Positions 48,501 to 61,579 of a DNA stretch of 64,000 bases are shown piece after piece (position 1 is the first letter of the stretch; every line of letters begins with the position of its first letter). This DNA is from Antedon mediterranea. Lineage: Eukaryota > Animalia > Echinodermata. The stretch is from positions 17,208,912-17,272,911 of the forward strand of contig NC_092675.1 in the NCBI RefSeq assembly GCF_964355755.1. Reading direction: 5' to 3'. The notes below the pieces were generated by a model. That model did not search any database. It had not been told where the DNA came from and saw nothing but the letters and a program-made list of their open reading frames with translations. The position numbers and the translations under genes were made by a program.

Positions 48501-51500
48501 ATACAATTAAATAAATTATACAGTGCGCAACATATTTAGTAGGTTTGGTAACAAGATAAATAAAGGATTTTTATATGCTTTCTAAATGAATTTACAGTAT
48601 ATAAATGATTGATGGCAGTTGAATCTAGATTATTCCAATACGTTGGTCCTAAATAAGTAATAAAAAACTGGCTTTTTCTAAGTTTAACAAATGGAACATA
48701 CAATTTATGTGGATTTCTTATGTTATAGGTATGATCTAATAAACGATTTGAAAATAACATTGAAACAGACTTTGGTAGTAAACCAGTAACATATTCAAAC
48801 ATAAAAGAAGTAACTTGAAGTTTATGAAGGTCATATATTTTTAAAATTTTAAGTTTTTTAAACAAAGGTTCTGATGCAGATGTAGATTGTTCAAAGTTTA
48901 ATAATCGAACAACACGTTTTTGTAAAATGAAAATTCTTTGTAAATTTGATGGATAATCAGCTGCCCATATAATATTGCAATAAAGTAAATGTGGTAATAT
49001 AAGCGAATTATACAAAGAAAGTAAAATGTGTTGAGGAAAAAAATATTTTATCTGGTTTATAACACCAATGCATTTAGACATTTTGATTGAAATATTTTTC
49101 TGATGACCGGTCCAATTTAAGTTTTCATTAATTAAAATTCCAAGAAATAAAGTTTCGCTTTTTCGGTCCAGATTTTTACCATTTAGAACAACCTGAATGT
49201 TTTTGTTACTTAATTTATGCCTGTTTCGATGGGAGTGAAATATAATGAAATTTGTTTTTGAAGTATTAATCAATAATTTATTAGAAGAGAACCAATTTTC
49301 AATCTTATTTAATTCTAAATTAAAGGTATTTACTAATAAATCAATATTTTTGTTTGAATAAAATAAAGTTGTATCATCGGCAAAGGAAACAATATTCAGT
49401 GTATCACTAACAAAGGTTATGTCATTTACGTAAATAAGAAATAATAAGGGTCCAAGGACCGACCCCTGTGGTACACCACATGGAACGTTCTTTGCCGATG
49501 ATTTACAGTTACCAATCTGTACATATTGTTTACGATTACTAAGATAACTAATAAACCATTTTAACGAAACACCTCTAATGCCATAACGTAACAGTTTTGA
49601 AAGTAAAATATCATGATTAACAACATCAAAAGCTTTGGATAGATCAAGAAAAGTGCTTAACAAAAATTCTTTATTTTCAAATGCATTATTAATTGAATGT
49701 ATAAGTTCAAGCATAGCGTGACAGGTAGAGTGTTTTTTACGAAAACCATATTGATGATTATTTAGGATGTTATGTTTAGTTAAATATGTATAAAGACGAG
49801 TATGCATTAATTTTTCTATTATTTTTGAGAGAATGGGGAGAACGGAAATCGGTCTATAATTGTTAAGTAAGTTTGCATTTCCCTTTTTAAAAACTGGGAC
49901 CACTTTAGCTAATTTTATATGATCAGGTACGATTCCTGTAGTAAAAGATAAATTGATAACATAAGTAAGAGGAATTAAAATAAAAGGAGTAACTTTTTAA
50001 GAACAGTTCTACCATAAGTTTCCTAATTACATGTACATGAATACAGGCCAGATATGTTAATGAGCATCCACACAGCTGAGATCTGATCTAACAACAAACA
50101 TGGATGATGCACGTTGAACAGATCGACGCGACTAGAGGTTCCACTGATCGTATTATTGTGAACGACACCCGCTGAGTGAACAGACTACCCATCCAGCCGA
50201 ACGAGGACGTCGCTCCAATAGCTATGCAAATGTTAACGAGATTCAGCACCAATCAGGCAACGGGGGAAGAAGAGAAAGAGATAAAGAAGATGTTGGAGGC
50301 TTGAGTTATTCAACCATCCATGTCCGAGTGGGCATCACCTCTGTGTTGGTCCGGAAGCGTGATGGTTTTGTGCGCTTTTGCATTGACTATTGTGCTCTCA
50401 ACAACGTCACTACTAAAGATGCATATCCATTACCCCTGATTTGTGATTGCTTTAACACACTGTTGGGGGAATATCTGGTTTTTCTAAACTGGACGCGATT
50501 TCGGGGTACTGACCATTAAAATGAAAGATGAGGACCAAAATAAGGGAGTGTTTATCACCAAGCTTGAATTCGTTAAAATGCACTTTGGTCTTTCCAATTG
50601 TCCTACAACTTTCTCCCATGCCATGGGTTTGGTACTTCGGGGATTGACATGAGATATTGTATTGACATTTCTCGATGACATTGTCGTGCTAGGTAAAACG
50701 TTCGAAGATCATCTCAGCAACCTCTTTTGGGTTCTACAATAATTTCGTATTAACAACTTCAAACTTAAACCTTCTACAAAAATTTTTTTTTAATGTTTCA
50801 GGGGGATAATATAACTTTAAGGAAACAAGTTTTTTACTGTATGGTAATCATTAATTAAATTTAGTTATTTGCCAACCTACAGAAGTATCACCATTTTCAA
50901 AATTCTTTCAATATATTCTTAGCAATACTTTCAAATTCGTAAATAACAGTGGATTTTCTTTTTGAACTTTTAGATTTCGGACGTATGTAAAACTTGCAAG
51001 TGTAAAATGTATTAATTTTGTTACAATGAAATTTACTGACCGCATACATTGCATACTTATAATAAGCATGTTAATTTCCTGGTGAAATTTTTGCTGCTTT
51101 TATTTTGTATATTTTGTATGGATGTACAATTCGAAATAAAGGAAATTAATGAATTAAAGCACAAATAAAAAGTACTGTCCCAAACTCCAAAAATATTGCC
51201 GAGCCTAGGAAATAGATTAATCTTTATAGTAACATACCAGATTATTCCTTTAACAAACATCATAACTGCTTCAAACATACTGTTGAAGAATTCACGTAGA
51301 GGCTTTCCAGTATCTCCAAGTTTTCCAAGTATGACGCCAAAGATAAGTGAGAATACGAGTAGTCCCATAACATTCATGCGGTCTTTACTTCTTAATTCGT
51401 GTGTGACTGTGGTAGTGTTTGTTTCGGTATCATACACAACGATGCGTTCTGTCTTGTACTGTTATGGAAAAATTGAACATTGATTTAGCACATGTATATG

Positions 51501-54500
51501 TGTAAACAATAAATACATATAAAATATAGTCAACAATTATTTACATTTATTAAATTTTTGATTACCTTCAATTAGTAAACACCTTGTTACATCCACAAGT
51601 TAGGTAAAAAGAGTACCAACATTTAATTAATTTTTAGTGATTTTATATACAATATTTAAATTTCCACATAAAAGAAAACATTTTCTCGTATTAAGTTACA
51701 TTTATTTGATTTTCTGTGATTTCTTGAATTTTTATCTTGTATCTTGTGGTTTTGTACCATATACGTCACATTTATTTAAAATATATTGTAAAGAAAATTA
51801 ATTGTAAATAAGTTAAATATAAACTGTGCATTTATTAATACAGTAATTTAATGGTTTGAAACCAATCTGATATTAATGGACCTCGTCCAACCTTTTCCAC
51901 TCGAGAGAGAGGACGCTGTGTGTTTGGCACCTCGTCCAACCTTTCACCGAGAGAGGACGCTGTGTTAGACATCAGAGTCCCTCTTAGAAGAAGCAAGAAG
52001 ATACCATCAAGAAGATATTTATTCAAATGGATCCTGAGTTTCATCCGTCGTGCGAGAGAGATTCTTGAGACGGCAGCCATCAAGTTTTCTGTCAACTCAT
52101 TCATATTATACAGTATTCTGGATAACAAACATTTTCTTTCTACTACAAACTCATTTCATTCAAATGTCATAATATATTTACAATGTGACCTCATGCATTA
52201 TTTACATACAGAAGTATTATTGTATTATATTAAGTATTAAGTTACAATCCCAACTTACAGGCTATTTTGTTTCATTATTTATCATACAAAATAAGCAACT
52301 TATTCATCCTTTCTACCAAATGGATTCACATTTTATAAAAATTAGTAATATGTTGAAGAAGATATTCTGATATCTATTTGTAGTTATTATAAACATTTCT
52401 TCATATCTGAATATCAATATTATGATAGCTTCTACTTATTATATCAAAAGACATATGACATATATATTACCAATTAATCTATTAAGAATGTGGAAGTGGA
52501 AAATAAATAAATTTATAGTGAATTAAAATTAAAATATTAGTATAAAATTAAGAGTATTTTTTAAATTAAAGAATTGACATCAAAATTTATTACATAAAGG
52601 GCTTCACATACCTGGCGAAAGCATGCTGCAACAATGTTTGATGGAAACATATTCCTGTAATAAATAGAGAAAGGTACGATGTTCATTGATATAATTTGAC
52701 CACTTTTAGATTCATATATTTTTTAATAATTGTTAGCGCAATGGTAAAATAAAACAACTACTAAATGTATAAAGTGAATTAAGTGCGGATTCTCAATGTG
52801 GTCAGTGCATAGTAATATTAGGCTCTGCCCATCTTATTTGACCAATTAGAATTAAGAAAATGTGGTTTTCTGTTAGAAAAGTGAAAGAAAATGTTAAAAG
52901 AAAGATATACTGTATACAGGATAAATAAATAATTAGCTTGTGGTAGGTCTGTTATAAGTTTTGTTAATATTTTATCACATGCCATTCAGTAATTAGTTAT
53001 TGACAATTAAAACGAATTTAGGTTCAATGATTTGGCGCAAATAGGGGTGTTTTCCGATCGTGGTATACACTGTCTAATGGATGTCCATCTTTAAAAATTC
53101 CCGAACACAATAATACGAGTATGCTTCGGATTTTCATATCTCCTCCTACGGTAATTGTTTTTAATAGCCGAAAACCGGTTGGTACAGCTCGAGTATCATA
53201 TACATATATCATGTTGAAGACCGGCTAATTTTCTTAAAAAAATACTATTTTAATAGATTTAATATACGTTTATACAAATGTATTGATTTGCAATGAATGG
53301 AACATGCCAATCTGTATTTGAAGCTTCAAATTCCTCGGTAAATAGAGGGCTCATTATTTCGACAAATGCTTAGTGTCGGGTGTAAACAGTAAACTTAATA
53401 AACACTAAGAGTGGCTTTCGGATAATTTTAGATCCATGACCGATAAATGAAGATTTATCGAACTGGGAGTGTAGTTAGGCTTATAAGAACTAAACTAAGA
53501 TTTAATAGGCATCATGTAGTTAAACTAAGTCTCATTTGAGACTTAGGGAGTGCAGCTGAAAGAGTGAGTGTTATAACCATATTTGACAAGTGTATCCTAT
53601 AGGTAGGCCTACGAAAATTTATTCGAAAAAAATAAGGCGTCATAAATCACGGCCCAACAAATCAGTACTCGTGACAGAAATTTGATCCAGTTTTGTTCAC
53701 ACAAATGTTTCCAGGAATTTTAACACCGCAACCGCGGATTAGCCCTAAATATTTAGTTTGATAATGCTTAATAAAGAGGTACTGTAGACTACAGTTTAAT
53801 TAGTTTCCGATCACCGAATGTCTTACTGTATTTATTTAGTGTGGTTCTTATACTGTATAAATACCATCAACTTTATTACTGCGGTTCCATCACCACCACC
53901 CCGTGCCGCCCAATCTTCGTAGTTCAATTTTCATTTCTCCTTAATTTCTTGAGTCCACATTAAATTAATTTTTCTTTATGATATCCAGTATTTGTTATTT
54001 TGTCTTTATTTTTTAATACCCCAATTAAGGGGGAACGTTTTTGTTTAGTGTCTCAAAAATGTCCCAGTTGGTTCTATTGTATTCGAGAACCATCTGTGGG
54101 GATCCCTGGTAGGCTTCCGCTTTGTGAAGCACAAACAGTACCAAGGCCATCAATCCTAAAAAAAAATAACTTCATGAGGTTATCTGAACATCTATAGTAT
54201 ACTTTTACACTTCACAGCGAATAGAAAACAAGATTATGGTGGCCAAGGTTCTACCTGTAAAGCTTAATTAATTTGGTATCTATGTAGCCTTCATCCCTCT
54301 GAAACAAACACCTTTTGTCAAACATTCACTTACTCTTGATTTAAAAAAAAATAAATTATTAAAAAACTTATTTATTCAGCAGATGTGTTTTTTATCATTT
54401 TTTAATTGCCGCAATATAGATTTTGAGTATTATTATTAAAGATGTTCTTAAAAACAAGAAAAATGAAGATTAATAAAATGAAACTTTTAATAGCCATTTG

Positions 54501-57500
54501 AAGTTAATAACTACCATAGGAAAAAATAATGATTTCACTTATAAATCTAGAACCTACAAATTAAAATGAAGGAAAAAAAAAAAAAATTGTTAACACTAAA
54601 CAGGTCTTAAAATAATACTAAAAAAGTGGTCCAGAATTGGGACCCTGGTCCGTATTGCCTCCAAAATTTAATGGAGTGGTCCTTTATCTATCTGTAAACT
54701 AGTAATCCTGCTAACAAATAAACAAACAGACACATGCGATCAACTATATATACTGTACATCCTTGGCAGAGGTAAAAGACTTGATAAACAGACAAAAACT
54801 TAACCATTAAACCATTCTGAGAGACAACTTTTGCTTTAAATTACAGTTTTTTCTGATAAATATTTCTGTTTCCGAGAATTAACTAGATATTATGTGACAT
54901 TTAAATGGCATATTGAACTAACCTAATCAGGTCCATTACAGTGTCCACAGCATCTACTTCATCTGGTTTATCTAAATCTTTTTCGTCCTCTTCATCTTTT
55001 CCGACTGCCCCTGGTTTGATGGACACAACCAGTACAATTCCAATGATCACAGCTATCACACTTGTTGTCAAGTAATACACTACTGCTTTTTTACCAAGAC
55101 TAAATAAAATGTTTAGAAAATAATATTTTTAAAGAATTATAACGTTTTTGTTATTATTAATATTAATAACGACCAAAGGAGAATTAATAATTAATTCTCC
55201 TTTGGTCTTAACTAAAAACAACTTTGTGATTTGTTTTACTCTTTAAATATTTTCATGCTGCTTTAGCCCGCTACGTCCCAGGAGGATGACTCATTAAGAA
55301 ACCGAAAGTAAAGCAGCAGTTATATATCTAAGGTTGACAGTTTTGCTAAAATGTATACTCGAGTGTAATTTATAGGTACCACCAAAAAACATCTGGGAAA
55401 GAGTCTAACAGTTGAATGACAAATCCCAAAGCATTTTGGGTATTTATGAGTCCCATGATATTATATAATTTTTTTCAGGTAAAATAACTATTATGTGACA
55501 ATAAAATGACACTTCAAACACAAATTAAAAAAAAAAAATATTTTTCAGAGGGACAATATATCTTTAAAACTGTTACGTCAATAATAATAATAAATTTTTT
55601 TTTTAATTAGTAAAATTATTGATACTAGAGGGTGAGCTCGCTTCGCTCGCTCCTCCTCTAGGAAGTGTAGACGATGGTTCTCGGAATGATAATGTTCTCC
55701 TTATACATTTTCTGTCGGTTACCATTATTGAAAATGCTTGACATTCGTAAAACTAAACTACTTTGTTTCACAGTGTTTTAGATGATTAATAACATTTTAA
55801 AGTATAGTTTTTATTGTTTGGTAGGGCCCTTTGAGGAGGCGGAGGTCATTTGAGGGAGGTGCTTATTCGAGGGATATATGTTAAATTTTTTAGTTCTAAT
55901 AATATGGTAACATTTATAATCAAATGAAATCCTCTAACAGATATGAAAAGTGGTAAAAAAGAATAACAAATGCTTGGTAAATTGCAGATAACAGTGCGGT
56001 GAATTCTACTACAAATGGTATAATTGTGTTATTATATATATTATAAATATGTGGATGGACGTTTATTAGATAGTTGGGTTGTTTTAAAGTGATGTTTTAT
56101 TGGAGAGGCGTTTATTCAAATGAATACCATCCTAATAATTATTAATACATTATTTAATTTAATCATCTTTTGAAACTAACTTCCGTGACAGAGTGGGCCC
56201 AAGAAAGAAGACATTACGGCTTGCAACATGGGCAGACATCTCGGTCCTAACGGGACACAGGAAGATAGCCTACAGTTATTCCTGCAAGCTTACTCAATAA
56301 AACTCAGCTATCGGGATTTCACTCGAAAAATGTCTTATCATCAAATCTCCCTATGTAATTTTATAATACTATTCCCCACAATATATTCTGATTCTTTATG
56401 GCGTATATTTAATTTGATCTTTATTAATTTGCAGTATAATTCCTATTATTTAACTACTGTACCTTCACACACGCGCGCTGCGCGGTATGTTTTAAAATAA
56501 ACAAAAAACTGAAATGGCTATGATTAATGGCCAGTCCTACATCTGATTTTTTTTTCGTCTTCCAAAGGGACACTGTATTGATTGATGGAAAGTGCCTGTT
56601 TCCAGTCACCTTTAGGGTCAAATCTATTATTTTAACTGCTCCCTTGTGTATAAAAGAGAGAAAATATTTGAAACCAGGTTGTTGCAAGGTGAACTTATCT
56701 TAAACCCGGAAATTACTTTGACCGGGAAGAATTGAAATTTAGATGAAAATCTAATGTTGAAATCATAAATTGTGTTAAAAAACTCTTTATAATATCTTCC
56801 TAAGATAGAAATATGGAACAATAGCGTCGCTGTGAACACTAATGTTATCAAATCTACGTTTCGCGGTACATCTCAGATAGATAAGGTAGGTATCCAAGGC
56901 GGAGATTTGTACCGAAGTTTTTGCATTGTGCTCGCCTATGTCAGAATTAACCATAATTTATATATAGATAGTATTTGGCAAATGTCGATTTTGTAGTGGA
57001 GGTTAATCTCTATCAGTTGATTTTTTTTTTAAATTAGTAAAATTATTGATATAGTATTTGTCAAATGTCGATTTTGTAGTGGAGGTTAATCTCTATCAGT
57101 TGATTTTAACAAAAAATTAGTAAAATTATTGATATAGTATTTGGCAAATGTCGATTTTGTATTTTTGGCAAAGATTAACAAAAAATGAATAAATTTCTTA
57201 TATTAAATTTAATAAATATGCAGGTGGAAAAGGTTTTATTGTATTTCAAACACATCCCTTTGGATTAATTACATGCTTCCTTACACAATAATTTATACAA
57301 AAACATCAATATACTGTACACAACAATTCTAATCTAATAAAATATTCATTAGTTTTAGGCAATTTATAGTAATGAAATCAATTGTAACGTGTTGATAGAA
57401 TAATTATATCGCAATTGTACCCATAAAATGTGTGATGATGTTTGTTGTAACCTTGACTTACATATTATATATTTATAACAAATTAATTCCCTAATCCAAA

Positions 57501-60500
57501 CTGCAGACATGTCAAATTTATCTGGCCCATGGCACAACTATTGACTATTTCAAAGATGCACTTTTATCATTTTGTGCTAGAAAATCTGTGTATTTGAATT
57601 TTAAAAAGTTGCAGTTTGTTTCTGGTTGAGACTCAGATATCAGTGGAGGATACAAGCAGGGTTAAGCTACAGTAGGGCAGATGCTCCACCGGTTTTGACA
57701 AAAAAAATGAAATTATGAAATACTTTTTGATCTATTATTGACTAAACTATAATCTTAACTCATTTGAAAAATCATAAATCCGCCCCTGTATATAACAAAA
57801 AAGTTTGTATGGGGTCTGTTTTTGTTGCTTAACATAACGTCAATATTTTTTTGGCACAGAAATGGCGCTCATAAAAAAAATACCGTATTTTGTATACCGT
57901 ATTTTCCACCCCAAATTTGTGGATTCATACCGTATTTTCTGTAACCATTTCTACTGATAACAAAAAATACCGTATTTTTTTATTACCTGCGACATGAGGT
58001 CAATATCGTGCTTATATTTTCTGTCGCTGTCAGCTGTTTTACACATGTGTATAGAAATATTCGGTGAAAATGTGGAGCGAAGACGTCACAGTATTTACTA
58101 TCTGTGTGGGGAGGGAGAGGGAGGGGAGCTAAAATATCCGGCCAACTAAAATGTAATAAAAGGCACAACCACATTTATAAAGGCATTTCTAAAAACATAA
58201 AGCAGGAGTACGGAATAGACTTGTCTCCAAAGCAAGTAAACTCAAAACTGAAGAGCCTGCGAAAGCAGTACAACATTGCAAAAGACAATATCTCGGGGAG
58301 GGAATGAATTACTTGTCCCCATTACGATGTTTTCTGTGCTCTCATAACATTTTTATCACTAGAGCTGGGCTATTGGAAGTGAGGCGTAAAACTTTTAATT
58401 ATCGATCAAATAAATAAATGACAATTTGGGTAAAAAGGATGAATTTTAACACGACCACCTAAGAAGTATTGTTAGCAGAAACGGGTACTAAAAAAAAATA
58501 CGGTATAAAATGCATTATTTTTATACCGTATTTTGAGCAGTTGCAGCAGAAACAGGCCCTATATCGATTGAATTTCTGCTAACTTTGTGATGAAAAAAGC
58601 CCATTATCTGCTAGTTGTTGTCACCGATTAAAAAACAAATGAATCAAAAATGGAATGCAATTCTGCTTCAATGAAATTAGGGGCAATTTATTCACACAGA
58701 CCTTTATTAATTGGTTATTTTCTTGTTGGAGAATAAGATGATTCTAAGAATGTTGGGGTTGTTTTACGAGCAGCACATTAGTTAGTTAGTTTATTTTTTT
58801 ATACTGGGCGACCTCTTCAGTCAAAGAGTGATCTCCAAGAGGGCCCAGTTTGTGATCAGTGGCTGTGACGTACTAGTACACCGGGACCGGGGTAACCCCC
58901 TACTTGTCTCGAAAGATGTACTAGGTTCTTTAAAGTGCACATGAGCTAGTTGTGTATACTGGACCTACGGTTTATAGTCCTTATCCGAGAAGACTCGTTC
59001 TACCACCAGAACCATGGAGTGAATGAGCCTCAAACCCTTGCCGATGTTATGGCTACGTAATTTACGGTTCCACTGTCTTAACCGCTCGGCCACTCACTCA
59101 CATATAAGCCTGTTGTACATGTACAGTAATTTCAGTAGACATTGTGTCAATATTTGTATTGATTCTATACAATTTCATGCAAGAGAGCATTATGACAATA
59201 ATAAGGATAAAAAATAATTGATTAAACAGAGCATTAACAATAGTAGAACAAGTATTGTTGTATTTGTACATGTACATTAAAGTCACATAAAATAGTACAA
59301 GATCCCAGTCATTGTTCAATAAGTGTTTAAAAAGGAAACATTTTGTATAAAAATACATTTTTGGAATTATTTTATTCTGATATTAATTTCCCTTTATGTA
59401 TTGTAAATTGGATAAAAATATGAACATTAAATATATCTTATTAATTATTGCATTTTGTATTTTGTAAGGAACGTTTTTTGTGACTCTGGAGTAAATTAGT
59501 TTCTTATATTGTATTGCATAATATTTTATGTGGATCTTATATTTTTACATCTAAATGGAATCAAGGTAATACAAATACTTTTATAAGATATTTTGTATAC
59601 ATAAGTTTACAAATTTCATTAGTAAAATTGTTATTAGCATGATAGCATGACAACTTTAAACTTGAAACACTATTGATTTTTAGCGTTTAAAAAAAATGTT
59701 AGCGCTTTAATAAATCCAAGTTGTTTTGGAAATACTGTATGGCCTATTGAAGATGGGATACTTTGATTAATTGAATATTTTGCATTTTTAAATGTGATTT
59801 ATGACACTTTAAAATTAAGACAAGTATATAAGATACACTTATTTTGAGGTAAGCTTTGGATTATTTGGTGGAATTAGGGCATCAAGAGGATAGTTGCAAT
59901 ATGCTATTTAGGGCGCTACGCCACAACGAAATATCCTGTATCACTTAAAATGGCAAAACTGTCCTAATTTCACGTTGTTGTCACACCATAAAGGAGATGA
60001 GTGTGGGTGTGTGGCCGAGCGGTTAAGACAGTGGAACCGTAATCACTTAGCCATAACATCGGCAGGGGTTCGAGGCTCACTCACTCCATGGTTCTGGTGG
60101 TAGAACGAGTCTTCTCGGATAAGGACTATAAACCGTAGGTCCAGCGTACACAACTTGCTCGTGTGCACTTTAAAGAACCTAGTACATCTTTCGAGATGAG
60201 TAGGGGGTTACCCTGGTGTATTAGTACATCACAGCCACTGATCACCAACTGGGCCCTCTGGGAGATCAGTCTTTGACTGAAGAGGTCACCCAGTATAAAG
60301 ATAAAACAAACAAACAGAATTTTGCCGAGAGGTACACAAGATATGTGTGGTAATAATTTCATGTGGGTAGATAAATGTTGCCTAGGTCAAAGGTCACTGT
60401 AAATATTATCGTTTTTTTTGCCCATTTTCAATCTGTAACCAACTTTAGAGCCATGTCAGACATAGTTGAAAAGAGTAAATGGTCTAATATTTCATGGAGG

Positions 60501-61579
60501 CAACAACAAATGCCTCAACAATGCATATACACAATATGAATCTTTATGATTGTTCTTACTTACCATTAAGGAGGTCTAAAAATGAAAATAAATTATTGTT
60601 CATGTGGATATATTTTATTTGGTTATTGAATAATTATACTTACTTACTTGATGGTTATCCTCTTAAATACTCAACTTGGAAGTCTAACAAAGAGGCCTTG
60701 GGGGAGTGGCTTACCTAAGTTGAGAAATTGTCTTTGAATTTGTCATGGTTTGGGGCTTCTATTGTATTGGGATAGTTTGTTCCATTTTCTGGTGGTTTTC
60801 GGTAGAAACGAATTTAAATAAATATTGTTTTTTCTGCTACTTCAATAAGTTGGGCAGCACTACCCCTTCGTGGTCTATCTATCTTCGGTAGGCAGGCATC
60901 TGGTTTAATGTTGATTTTATTTTTAATAATTTTATATAGGAAAGTAAGCTGGTTTACTTATAATATCAATATTATTATCAATAATTACATAAAATCATGA
61001 GCGTGTTAATTAAAAACATCCAGAAAAGGCGGAAATGAATGTAGCGCACCATATATAAATTAGCACAACAAAAATAAAATGCAATTCTGATATCAAATAC
61101 AACCGATATGATAAAAAGCGTATCTGTTGATTTTATTGCAACCAAAATTAGAAGCGACCAATTTCAAGCACGTCACCTATAGCCCCATCCAAAAATAATC
61201 ATAACATATTGAAGTTGATTTTAAAAACCATGCAGCTTAACAATACATCAAAATAAGTGGCATACCTTCCAGAAGATTTCTGATCCAGAGCTGCCATGCC
61301 AGTGATTAGACTCGAGGTGAGAAGTGGAATAATCAACATCATCAATGCATTCAGAAACAAAGTACCTGGAAAACTTATCAAGGCGATCTGTCGCTGGGTG
61401 TAAACTTTACCACTACCAACCTTCACAATTGCACCAACAATCACAGCTAACAACAAAGAACTTATCAGGAGTACAACCATCAAATTATTCTTTAAAAATC
61501 TCCGAATCTGTTGGCACTTTGGGCCGTTCAAACATGACGGGTAAAATCGGGAAACTCTTTTGGATTCCGCACTATCCAT
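33566..61579 (-). CDS. SLC1-family excitatory amino acid transporter (EAAT), paralog B, 508 aa, 8 exons
   Basis: Exons (- strand) 61579-61266, 55099-54923, 52654-52612, 51458-51238, 44035-43802, 43108-42914, 34908-34774, 33773-33566 (TGA), all GT-AG, phases consistent, 1527 nt; internal exon sizes 43/234/195/135 identical to paralog A. Motifs [63 protein letters not shown]. Confidence 0.95.
34371..34703 (-). mobile_element. Two tandem truncated copies of the tRNA-containing (TA)n-associated repeat
   Basis: Reverse complements of ~9386-9545; both copies break at the same point in the D-arm (ATGGTTAGG); flanked by (TA)n. Confidence 0.8.
35126..35511. mobile_element. Harbinger-type MITE (GTTCAGAC family), left TIR disrupted by a mini-palindrome
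   Basis: GTTCAGACCTACGGAGTTATGCTTTCGTATTG ... CAATACGAAAGCATAACTCCATAGATCTGAACATACCC; TAA flanks. Confidence 0.7.
35566..36220. mobile_element. Kolobok-type non-autonomous DNA transposon, TTAA TSD; partial copy at ~44781-45030
   Basis: TTAA-AGACACCTTCCCTAC ... GTAGGGAAGGTGTCT-TTAA perfect 15-bp TIR. Confidence 0.85.
36559..37233. mobile_element. Harbinger-type MITE with 37-bp perfect TIR
   Basis: GGGTATGTTCAGACTCACGGAGTTACGGTGGAGTTAT and exact inverse; flanks TAA / TAC. Confidence 0.85.
37536..39066. mobile_element. Tc1/mariner-pogo-type MITE (TA TSD) carrying a nested LINE
   Basis: TA-CCGTATATTTCGGTGTATAAGTCGCAC ... GTGCGACTTATACACCGAAATATACGG-TA perfect 27-bp TIR. Confidence 0.9.
37586..38985 (+). 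mobile_element. 5'-truncated, frameshifted CR1/L2-group LINE inserted in the MITE
   Basis: ORFs 37548-38027, 38054-38248, 38285-38686: [46 protein letters not shown]; 3' CAGCCAATGGCTG stem-loop, AATAAA and A-tail at ~38925-38985. Confidence 0.88.
39067..39494. repeat. 52-bp tandem array (8 full + 1 partial units; one more unit at 37474-37527)
   Basis: Unit AACTAGATTTGAACTCCAATGAGTTAGGTTATCCGCACTAATAAGATAGAAC; TAGATTTG starts at 39067, 39119, 39171, 39223, 39275, 39327, 39379, 39431, 39483; near-identical, no spacers. Confidence 0.97.
39480..40812 (-). mobile_element. Helentron-type non-autonomous element related to 30091-31500, inverted
   Basis: AACTAGATTTGAACT...GGGTTATCC at the left end and GACAATAACAAGGGGTTATCCGCCAAGTGCAGATAACC at the right end; shared internal blocks (CAACTCATCAGCTTCC, GCCGACAATTATTATGCCATCCTATGA). 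Confidence 0.7.
44268..44414. mobile_element. Short Harbinger-like MITE (AGCTCTGTCTAC family); other copies ~28865-28977, ~32660-32690, ~40864-41008
   Basis: AGCTCTGTCTAC ... GTAGACAGAGCT inverted ends with TWA-type flanks and a shared internal TGTGCCC.ATATGG core. Confidence 0.7.
46191..46659 (+). mobile_element. Possible solo LTR
   Basis: Begins TGTAAT, contains TATATAAGGGG and ATTAAA, candidate ends ..ATAACA (46635) or ..GTGACA followed by TTGGT; no clear TSD. Confidence 0.3.
48281..50010 (-). mobile_element. 5'-truncated CR1/L2-group LINE, RT ORF 48536-49903 open, (ATTGA)n 3' tail
   Basis: ORF track 455 aa: [55 protein letters not shown]; (CAATT)n at 48281-48310 on + strand. Confidence 0.92.
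50150..50772 (+). mobile_element. Degraded Ty3/Gypsy LTR-retrotransposon RT fragment
   Basis: [28 protein letters not shown] (ORF 50301), [12 protein letters not shown] and FLDDIVV in shifted frames; stops present. Confidence 0.85.
56968..57161. repeat. ~83-bp tandem repeat, ~2.3 copies
   Basis: ATAGTATTTG(G/T)CAAATGTCGATTTTGTAGTGGAGGTTAATCTCTATCAGTTGATTTT... repeated. Confidence 0.85.
57811..58559 (+). mobile_element. Harbinger deletion derivative with Myb/SANT-like coding remnant (58104-58330)
   Basis: TIR GGGTCTGTTTTTGTTGC / GCAGCAGAAACAGGCCC, TAT flanks, repeated subterminal ATACCGTATTTT; remnant [33 protein letters not shown]...*ITCPHYD resembles the Myb/SANT (trihelix) partner protein of Harbingers. 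Confidence 0.7.
58779..59100 (-). mobile_element. tRNA-derived SINE with Deu/Nin-type core
   Basis: Reverse complement of 60000-60315 with scattered substitutions; short tandem-repeat tail. Confidence 0.85.
60000..60315 (+). mobile_element. tRNA-derived SINE with Deu/Nin-type core; 3' fragment also at ~63836-63900 (-)
   Basis: Head GTGGCCGAGCGGTTAAG (A box) ... GGTTCGAG (B box); core CGGATAAGGACTATAAACCGTAGGTCC...GCACTTTAAAGAACC...GAGTAGGGG resembling the Nin/Deu domain; (AAAC)n tail. Confidence 0.85.

Noticed and set aside
51835-52240. Overlapping 97/106-aa ORFs with a ~42-bp direct repeat
   Set aside because: No motif recognised; probably a repeat fragment in an SLC1 intron.
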